Shown: positions 51,441 through 64,000 of the stretch, piece by piece | Layout: each line of letters begins with the position of its first letter | Position numbering within the stretch: position 1 is the first letter of the stretch | Notes under the pieces: model-generated | The model's database searches: none | What the model saw: only the letters and a program-made list of their open reading frames with translations | Told to the model about the DNA's origin: nothing | Assembly: GCA_973895155.1 (NCBI GenBank) | Contig: OZ316891.1 | Location: forward strand, 28,815,511-28,879,510 | Direction: 5' to 3' | Source of the DNA: Marsupella aquatica | Taxonomy: Eukaryota; Plantae; Marchantiophyta | Length of the DNA: 64,000 nt | Made by a program: the position numbers and the translations under genes

Positions 51441-54221
51441 GAGTACTCTGGTAGTGTGGTTAGAATGGTTATTATGGCTGTACGAAAGTGAAAGAGGATC
51501 GGAATCTTTGGAGGTCAAAGGGACCGCTACCTGAGGGGGCCTTTACAAGACGGTGGAGGCCGTTCACTCTCTCTCCATCCAGAGCAAAGCTGATGGCCAT
51601 TTCCTTCCACAAAAGTTAAAATGCCTGAGTCAAAATGTGTCAGGTATGGAAGTAATCAATGCAATTCCCTGAAACCAAGCGGCCGTTTGCTCCAAGTTTT
51701 TAGACCACCTCAAGAGGAGGTCTAAGTTTTTGACAAAAAGCTTGCACAACTCAGCAAAAAAAGGGACCCACAAGGGGCCCACTGACAGATGACTAGGTTC
51801 GGTTGCTTTTGGTTCATTGTGCCCCCAAGTTCATGTAAAGTGAAGTGTCACATATGAATGGCTAGGATTGCATCTTTCACTTAGAAAAAATGGAATGGCT
51901 GCCCCCAAGTTCTTGTAAAGCCCCCCTGAAGTACCTGAAGTAGGTACATAGCGGCGCTCCGAGTAGAGTATGGAACTATGGATATTACTTTACCGTAAGA
52001 AATTCAAAGCGGATCTTCAGGAACTCCTTGAGATTATGCGGTGGGCCTCATAATCACTCACAGCACCGCTTATCACAGAAGACCAATTGACAAGCTACAA
52101 AGTAGATTCCGAGTCAAATTTGACGTGGAAGCGATAAGCATAAATAAAAGATGAAGAAAGGGCACGAGATGTATGCTGACGTTTTGTATGTGGCTTTTTG
52201 AATGAACTTCAAGTGGTTTTTCAGAGGCAGCATAAAAGATGAAGAGAGGCCATGAGAGGAGAGGAGAGAGAGATTGGACGACTTTGCGTCTGTATGCACT
52301 ATCGGATTACAACTACAGTGGAGTGCAGTCACGTGGGACAAGTGACAAGCATTTTGCACGCTTTTCGATACGTTCCTAGTCATGACGATATTTTTATCAA
52401 CTGTAGACAGTTGAACTGTTAAAGCCACTGAACTGACGTTATAAATTTGGGACGCTCAAGTCTAGATTGCATCATTTCGGGCGGAGGAAGCAAAGCGGCA
52501 AAGGCTGCGCAGAATGTCCAAAGTGGTGAAATGTGAAATCCTTCACTCATATTAATTGGCACGGGACTGGACAGGAAACTTGTTCTCTGGTTTACTCGTG
52601 GCTAATCCTCGTGCCGGAAAGCCCACTGAAGGTGCGAGAGTTGGAGTTTGTGTGATAAGCTCGTGGGATGAGGTTGGAGCTCAGAGAGGAGAGAACGCTT
52701 TTTAAGAATTCGGATTATTCTGCAATGATGTGACTTCTTTAACATCACCAACATCACCCATCACCAACATTTTTCGAATGCAGTATATACCCAGCAATCA
52801 AGTTGTTCTAGTCGATGACGATTACGAACGATGGAGAGTCAAAGCCGTGACACGAACGGGATTGGTTGCCTTCTCGTCTAGCTCAGAAACCGAATTTGAT
52901 TCCAGAAAAGCCTGACCGCTTCGTTGCTGGTTCTTTCTGAAGTTCACGTCCAAGTTCGATCTATTTGTAACGACTTTTACGAATCAATGGATGGAATCAA
53001 GGACCTGATTAGACTCCACAATTTTCATGGCCAAAAAGTTCGCAGCAACGTTTCAATTTAATTAAGATCCATAGGGCCCTCCTACCGAGGTAGCAACCGA
53101 TGGGCGGATCTTCTCCTCGGAATTGCCTTCTCCCGATGTCGTTGTAGAAGTTTAGGACATTACTAGCACTAGTAGCTAGTACTTACCCTGGCAGTGCTCT
53201 GCTCACGAAGGGCCCCAAGTGAAGCCCATCGCAGGCCCTTTCCAGTGAGCTAAAATCATGCATGATTTGCGCTAATGTGGCTCCCGAAATTGTGAAGCTT
53301 CTGCGACTCTGTCCATCTCGCTCGAGACTAACAATCATGGATCAAGGACAGTAGCTGAGCCCAATGATCAGTGCCCAAGCTTGAGTTCGCGTTGCACCAA
53401 AATAAACTGTTCAAATTGGGGAATCGCTGTGGACGAGGACGACCAACTTTCGCCGTAACCGATGCCCTGCTAAAACCCATGCGTAGGCTAAATTTAGCAG
53501 GAGTCTTTCAAATTGTGTCACTTCAGCTCCACGATTGCCTCGAATTTATTTATTTCGACGTTGAGTAAATTTTTGGTTTTCTAACCCGAGTCTGTGCGAT
53601 ACTCTTCTGCTTCATTATGAGAACTGCAGACTCAAAGCTCTGAAGGAGCAATGGTCTTCAAGTAGCATGGGACGGTACCAGTTTCTGCCATGTACCGCCT
53701 GTGATGGACGGAGCCTCTAACCTGCCCTTAAAGCTTGCTATTGTAGAGTGCATTGGCTGATTTGAAGATCCTGGTTACAGATGTACTCGGCTTCCAACGA
53801 CCCACTGTTTCGTAGGATTGTCTCTCTCGCACTGTGCCAATTGCTCATTTTATGCCGTAGATGAGTGCTAGATTGTGAAAATGGGATCAGGAGGCAAACG
53901 TCTTGTGAAGAAGACTAGGAATAGAGGAGAAAAAGTTGGTAAAAAATGTAAGCAGTGCGTTCAAAAAGCGAGTGCTTTTCCGTATTACCTTTTTTGGAAA
54001 GCGATACAATTATTGAGTGCATCAGAGAAATGCGGCTTTTACTGTGAGAATAAACAATACCCTCAACGGTGGGGTTGTCAATGTCCTCCATGCGTAAGCT
54101 TTAGATTTAATTCACAAATCATTATGCCAGTAGAGCACGGCTCGTGAAGAAGGCTTCCTTCCACATGCCTTCGTTTTCCTTCAATGGGCAGAGCAGCGAC
54201 GAGCAAAGCAAATGGGAGCAT

Positions 54222-54600
54222 TGGACACATATTTTGCTGTTTGGAAAGTTCATAACGGATGAGAGCGCATGGGGAGCATCTACGGCAGATTATTTTTCCA
54301 GGAAGGCGGATGTGGTGGTCGTAGGTTATGGTGGCTATACACCTGGATGGCTCATATTCTCCTCAACAAGACGTTTCCAATTCCTCAGTGAAGTCTCCAT
54401 TGATAGTGATTCATTTATCTCGAGCGACTGATGCGAAAAAATCTTGCACATGATCTATAGTAAAGCGACAACATTCAGAAGATTTCGGCTCACTTGAAGA
54501 AGCCATCCAATTGATGAGGTAGCGTCTTGTGGAACTTGACATTCAGAAGATTTTGGCTCAATTGAAGAAGCAGTCCAATATGATGAGGTGGCGTTTTCTG
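54222..54600 (+). pseudogene. Fragment of an SGNH/GDSL esterase (IAH1/CPRD49-like), frameshifted and truncated
   Basis: ILLFGKFITDES-AWGASTADYFSRKADVVVVGYGGY/TWMAHILLNKTFP...DNIQKISAHLKK parallels the family consensus IVLFGDSITEQS..GWGASLAD.YSRKADV.VRGYGGYNTRWALFLL...FP. The catalytic GDS is altered. Confidence 0.75.
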
Positions 54601-55059
54601 AAATTGCAGTCCCCTTTTGCATTGAAGGGCTGGGGTGATATTGAGAATGTTGAATCAGTAGTGCCTCGACGTGTCATATTCGTGAAATTCATCGATACTG
54701 ACTACAGCAGCCTTTCCACATCTGATCGATGTTGTCTTCACATGCTCAAAAGATTGTTTGTAACATCAATAAAGTGCAAAATTTCGTGTCAATTCAGACC
54801 AAATATATATACAATGACGCTTATGAAAGCTTGATGTTCCAGCTCAAAACATGGCTACGTACTTGTCGTAGTAGTTGTCTGGATTTCGTGCGGGACTTTT
54901 GATTGAGCTCTATTTAAGACAATTCCACCCTCTGTATCTACGTACAACTCTTCACACGTTATGCATTCTACGAAGAGAAAACGCTGAAGACAGAAGAAAA
55001 GTTGGGTCCTTTCCAGAACACTAGCATATTTATAAGCAGCCGCCCTGACAATACAGTGC

Positions 55060-58375
<3,316 letters not shown>

Positions 58376-59150
58376 GATCGTGGCTGGTCCTGTCCTGTGC
58401 TCAACTGAGCTTGTAGAGCCTGCCTGTGTGAACAAGTGACACACAGAAGGGACCGAGAGTTTATTGACGAGCCTGATCAGAAATTGAGAACTGAATAAAT
58501 GGTAGAAGGAATTGTTTGGTCAAAAAGGTGGGACGGAACAATACAAATCAGTGAGGAGAGACTTTGGTGTGATGGACTGTTTTGTCTGAGAATGGATCGA
58601 CTGCGGATGGAATGTGACGATATGTGCTTTATACCTGCGTGAGAGGAGGGGTGGAATCATCGAGACAAGAAGTCGGATACGGGAGTAGGTGAAGACCGGG
58701 AGTGTCCCTCTGACGCAAAAGCTTGACGTCAGCCGCAGCCGCAGCTTTTGTTGCTCTCTTTCTTCAGAGAAATGGTGTGCATTCGTCACAGATTCGTCAA
58801 CTCGTGGTCAATGCCATAGCCATTTGATCTGTCTCAGTTTCCCCAAACACGAACGCAACTAGCAGTTCTCAAAATCCTTTCTCAAAAAATCAGCATTTGG
58901 CTCCTTTATTATGACGGTCAAGGGTCCTTTATCCTGTACTAGCCCAATGTCCTGTACTAGCCCAATGTCACCCTGAGTTAAATCTAGTTAAATCTACTCT
59001 AAGTTAATGCTGTCCAAGATTAGTGGGCCACCCTAAGCTGCCCGTCCCTAAGCCCAATGCAGCCTGCCCGCTAAACCAAAGAACGTGAGTTTATGTTTTG
59101 GCATGGATGACGGAACCTTTCTATCCCTTTCAAAATCTGGGCAGGAGAAT

Positions 59151-59244
59151 GCCCAGCCAAGCCTGCGGTCTCCCCACTCAGGCATGCCATCGTCGGAGCT
59201 CCATTGTTCAAGCATTGGATCGGAGACCGCAGGCTTGGCTGGGC
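59151..59244. repeat. Perfect 23-bp inverted repeat with a 48-nt loop
   Basis: GCCCAGCCAAGCCTGCGGTCTCC (59151-59173) and GGAGACCGCAGGCTTGGCTGGGC (59222-59244). Confidence 0.95.
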
Positions 59245-59525
59245 CTGAAGCATTGGATCGGAGTGCACGAACAGTGGAGCGCGCAGGAGTGCTCAGGTAT
59301 ACTTTATAGTTCCACATCGTGTTATGAATCTTGGAGGGGGTGGTAGGGATGTAGACATGAACATCAGTATTGACCTCAATGTTGCACCAGTGTTGGATTT
59401 CCCGCAGATAATGTCGCCTCGCTCACTGCATTTCTAGTTTGCAGTTTGCATTTTGCCTTTTCTATTATTCATAGGCTTACAGTTTATGTTTAGGCTTACA
59501 ATTTATGTTCTGCAATAGGTAGATA

Positions 59526-61662
59526 ATGGCGCCTCGCTCAGTAGTAGAGCAACCTCGGAAAGGGAAACCTTCGGTTCCACCGGAGGCAGAATGGATCAAA
59601 TTCCCGCAGGCCAAGATCAATGAGCATTGGATGAGAGCCAAGAATCCATCCCCCACGAGAACATCGGGACGTGGATTTTTGTGCAAAATCATGAGTGACG
59701 ACTCATGTCAGCATTTTGTCAAGAAGTGAGCATTTCTGGATCACATGCGAGCTGTGCATCGCATGAATCCAGAAGACTGTCCGATCGGCCATCCAAAAAT
59801 GTCGAAACAAAATAGGTATGGAGTTGCGCACTATTGGTTTATGTTCTGGATTGACGTTATTTCGAAGTCTGTTTGTTTCTGTTCTGCGTATTGAGAGGTT
59901 CCATGGGTTGGTTTATGTTTTGGCTCGTGAATATTGTCGGTGTGACATATTCAGAAATTTTCTCCTTTGTTTGTGCTGCAAGGGCTCCACCCACTACAGC
60001 GGCTGCCGCACACAATTGACTATCTACTGTAGGGTCGTATCCCGGACGGGTTTGGAAGATCAAGCGGCAGAAGATGACTTGGTTTCTCCGTTGGGCAAAC
60101 AACTTGAAGTCGGCTAGTGATGGGGATGAAACGACATGGATTCTAAGCAAGGCAAAAAACCGCTACTATGATTGGAGGCGTTCAATGGAGTTCACCGGAA
60201 TGTTGTCGTCTGTAAAAGACAACATTATTGCATTTTGGAAATGTGAGAACATCGATGTAGAGCAAATGCAGGCTCAGGTATGATTTGTGTGTCGTGGGTT
60301 CATGTTCTGTATGTACATTCATATTCTGTCTGAGTTCATGTTCTGTCGGAGTTCATGTTCTGTTCAAGTTCATGTTTTGTATCTAAATTCAGATTCTTTC
60401 CGCGTATTTGTCCATAGGCAAAGGTTCCGAAAGACATTGAAAACTGGAGCTCTGATGATGGCATGCCTGAAGTAGATTTAGACCAGACCAACTTCAATGC
60501 TGATAACATTGTTTTCAAGAAATGATAAATTTATGAGAAGCCAGCACCTAAAGGTACAGCTAAAGCTAAAGCTAAAGCTAAACCTATAGCTAGGGCTAAA
60601 GCTAAGCCAGGACGTAAGAAGCCCACAGAGCCTCGCACACAACCAAGCAAGCTCGCCAACAACACTTCAGAGCAAGTGGAGCCAATTACACACCCTGCAA
60701 GGTCCAGGAAGAAGAAAGCAACAACCATAACTGTACAGTAGGTTAGGCACTTTGAAATGTTTTTTGGTCTTGCCATGCACTGCAAATGACATTTTTGTTT
60801 CTGTACTACTAGGACAATTTTCTGTACATGTGTGTAGCCAAAGGCCGTTCTTGACAGAGCCTCTAGCTAGAGCACGTCGAAGGTCAGAGTTGGACACAAC
60901 AGCCACCAACAAAACCCAACAGCCACCATCAAAGAGGCAGAAAAAGAGCAACCCTCCATCTGAGGTAAATCACTCTGCCATGTGAGGTTCTAGTTTATGA
61001 TTCGCCGTTAACAAAGTGGAGTAATGGTTTATGTTTTACCATTACGAATGTGGAGTTCTGGTTTATGTTTTGCCATTATCAAGATTGTGCATTTTTGGTT
61101 TATGTTTTGCCATTACCAATGTGGAGTAATGGTTTATGTTTTACCAATACGATTCATATGGAGTTCTGGTTTATGTTTTGTCATTACGAACGTGGAGTAA
61201 TGGTTCATGTTTTACCAATACGAATGTGGAGTTTAGGTTTATGTTTTGCCACTGTCAATATTGTGCATTTTTGGTTTATGTTTTGCCATTACCAACGTGG
61301 AGTAATGGTTTATGTTCTGATCATTTTCAATGTGGAGTAATGGTTTATGTTGTGACCATCCCGTTTGGCTTTGTGGTACACTTACAAGTGCCATGTATGC
61401 CTTCCAGACTTTGGCAGACAATGAAAAAGCAATAGAGGCCACAATAGAGGCCACAACAGAGGAGACACAAGAAGATGGGGCAGAAGAACATGGGCCACAA
61501 CATGATGCAGCCCAAGCAGAAGATGATGGGTCTGAAGCAGATGATGACGAGCTAGGCTGAAGAAGATGAGGGACAAGATGATGCGTCCCAAGCAGAATAT
61601 GATGAGGCTGAAGCAGACGATGATGAGGCTAAAGCAGATGATCATGAGGCTGAAGTAGATGA
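59526..61662 (+). pseudogene. Decayed multi-exon gene with a C2H2-like finger, Lys/Ala-rich and acidic regions; probably a TE accessory gene
   Basis: Exon-like blocks with GT/AG ends at ~59526-59815 (CKIMSDDSCQHFVKK*AFLDHMRAVH), ~59983-60277, ~60418-60741 (AKAKAKAKPI..GRKKP), ~60838-60964 and ~61408-61662 (E/D/A-rich). Several in-frame stops. Confidence 0.55.
61010..61355. repeat. Intronic array of ~33-38 bp units with core TGGTTTATGTTTT(G/A)CCATT
   Basis: About ten consecutive copies are visible. Confidence 0.9.
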
Positions 61663-64000
61663 TGTCACTTGCCTATCCAACGATTAATATGTGCAAACCG
61701 TACTTTTCTTCGCTCAAACCGTTGGTATCGTATTACGGGGTCGTGGAGGGACGCTATTTGGAGGATTTCCACACCTAAGGATGAGTATGTTTGATTCCGC
61801 TCCCGGAAGTGTACTTTTTGATCAAGTCTACCGACTGGTCTCTCCGTTTTTGATCAAGTCCAAGGGACTGGTCCTACCATCTACAACTCATGCCCACCGG
61901 GTGAGTGCTGTCACCACCCCCCTCTCATGGGCAAGCATACAAACGTTTACAATAAGGTTTGAACACTAGTGACAAGGGCAAATGTTTCCACAATGAAACC
62001 GACCACATGCACTAGGGGAGGAAAACAAACAACACAAGCAACAACAAGTGACACACAAAATATTGGAACCTCAAGCCAAATTCATATCTCTTGGTGTTTC
62101 CCGTAACACATGCAAGGGCAACCCGGCCTCCTGCCGTCTGCCCAACTCCTACCTCGGGGGCCTCAATCCAAGGGGTGTCTCATATCACGCTCGAAGTTTT
62201 GGGGGAATAAACACCCTAAAAGTTAAGTCAATAAAGTTTTTTTCAGGAATTTTTTTACCCCTAACTTAATGGAATATTCCAAGAATATTCCCATATTTGA
62301 TTTAAAAAAACCCTATGATTCTTATAATTCTCAAAATTGGATTAAAATAACCCTAATGTTCTTCAACAAAAATTTAAAAGTATTTCACTAAACCCAATAA
62401 AAAAACCCTATACTTATTCGTGCGTGATGGGTCGGAAGAAAAGAAGTGAGGACCCCGGGACTCCTGCCTCCCGGGGACAAGTGCTACGTTCTCCACCTCA
62501 CTACTCTGGCTTGAATTTCTCCTAATCGGTGCGCTACAAAAGCTACTCAACAGCATCAAAGCACTACGTTGAGTTCCCCCCTAACTACTTCGGGGCTCTC
62601 CCCCTAAATACCGAAAAAACCACACCAAAGCACCCCTCATGGGGTCACAACGATGGCGGCTACCCTAGCGGCGCCGCTAAAACCCTGCACTAAGAAATCC
62701 CTAAACTAAAAAGGCATGCGGCACACACATGCTGCTAAAACCCTAAACCCTAAACAAGGGGCCGACGGTGCCTTCGACGGCGCCCCAACTGTACTCCGTG
62801 AACCCTGAAATTGCAAGACACCCCACAATGGCTGAAACTAGGTGCCCTATCAACTTTACTTTTGAGCTCACCCTTGGATAGCCCTTCTCCTCCTGATCCC
62901 GAATCACTCAGCCGCACTCGCAACGGACATCGGATGCCTGAGTTACGGTTGTTTCCGTATCGCGAAAACACAATTTCGTCGGGCCATAACTTGCTCATCC
63001 TGGCTCCGTTTGAGGAGCGCCGCCTCTTGTTGGAATCAGCTCCACGAGCTCTTTCCAACAAGCCTGTGAGTGACCCCTCACAAAAAAGTTGGAAATCCAG
63101 AGGCCGTACAACCACATCCGTACGACTATCTACTCCTCCTCTTCTTCACTCTCGGTGCCCTGGCTTGTGCCCCGTGAGTGGGCCTCCTCTTCATCACTCA
63201 CGGGAGTGAGTGCCACCTCACTTTTCTTCTTCTTTACCGGGGTACTCTTCGTGCTGCCGCTCCCTTGCTTCCTCAAAGTGGCCAAGGCCTGCCACGCCTT
63301 GATGTACCCCTCACCAATGGTGTCCTTCCATAGGGTAGCCTCTTCTCCGGACCGCAACTCCAACGGTAGAACTTGCCCTGTGGCCATGGGAGTCCCGGGG
63401 GTGACAGACCTGGGTGGCATCCCCGTACTGACCTGAGCCTCCCGTAACGATTTCCGTACCTCCCGGAGCTTCTTCTCCAAGCCCTTGCTCTTCTCCTGAG
63501 GGATGGTAATCTCCACCTTCATGAATTCTGTAACCCCGGTGGCTTGGAAAATATTCCGACAATCCTCCATCACTTTGGCGGAGGTCTTGGGATAAATTCG
63601 ACGAAAAATCCTCCTACCCACCGGTGTGGAACCTGCTGCCAATCCCGTGCTCATCGTAGCTTCTCTCTCTTCTCTCTCCCTTGCAATCAAAGTCTCCACG
63701 TAGTCACGGTAAGCAGCCTTGTATCTCCGAATGTGTGCCACACTAAACTCCGGTTGATCTAGCATTCATGCATCCTGAAATCAAATTCTCAATCACCAAA
63801 TCCCGTCACCCGTAGCAATGTCAATTCCCTGGCCCGAAACAGCCCCCGTAGCCCGATTAATTTATTTCTCTCAATCCCCTCCGTCGTCACTCCATGTTGC
63901 TGTCGTTAATGCCCGGACAGTCCCCGCAATCCCCCATGAGTGAGCCTTGAGAAGAATTGGAGAGAAAGCTCAAATAATTGTAACATAAGGAGAAAGCTTT
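61663..64000 (-). mobile_element. LTR retrotransposon 3' part (3' LTR ~61913-61663), continuing beyond the window
   Basis: On the minus strand a polypurine tract ATGAGAGGGGGGTGG directly precedes TGACAGC at 61913. The segment ends ..GTGACA at 61663, where the acidic exon stops abruptly. Confidence 0.6.
63130..63765 (-). CDS. Element-borne 211-aa ORF of unknown function (gag-like or extra ORF)
   Basis: Open ATG-initiated frame with helical/charged composition (FSVAHIRRYKAAYRDYVETLIARE..., PVKKKK, poly-E end), in the same orientation as the LTR/PPT. Confidence 0.5.
   Translation of the reverse strand: MLDQPEFSVAHIRRYKAAYRDYVETLIAREREEREATMSTGLAAGSTPVGRRIFRRIYPKTSAKVMEDCRNIFQATGVTEFMKVEITIPQEKSKGLEKKLREVRKSLREAQVSTGMPPRSVTPGTPMATGQVLPLELRSGEEATLWKDTIGEGYIKAWQALATLRKQGSGSTKSTPVKKKKSEVALTPVSDEEEAHSRGTSQGTESEEEEE

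Noticed and set aside
51450-51480. tRNA A-box-like GGTAGTGTGGTTAGAA
   Set aside because: No B-box/T-loop or cloverleaf follows.
53179-53200. TACTTACCCTGG resembling the U1 snRNA 5' end
   Set aside because: No U1 stem-loops or Sm site follow; more simply a minus-strand donor-like GGTAAGTA.

Overview
Eukaryotic nuclear DNA from a land plant, probably a non-seed plant (inferred from intron style, gene families and TE types; species not determinable). I can reconstruct six host genes: a CIR-N/CCHC zinc-knuckle protein (minus strand, two GC-AG introns, 16-aa repeat tail), a WTF1-like PORR protein, an HGSNAT-like acetyltransferase, an uncharacterised plant-family protein, an AT-hook plus zf-4CXXC_R1 (CDCA7-like) protein and an aldo-keto reductase. 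Between them lie a degenerate Helitron with both termini intact, nested in a TIR repeat that has a near-empty paralogue in the window; a second Helitron 3' end; a full-length but mutated PIF/Harbinger element with a related Tourist MITE; a pogo-like MITE; a probable solo LTR; a GDSL-esterase pseudogene fragment; and several tandem repeats. At the right end a decayed multi-exon zinc-finger gene has non-coding DNA filled with a GGTTTATGTT motif and a hairpin carrying an antisense exon copy, and is cut by an LTR element. All calls come from reading the sequence; no database search was run.
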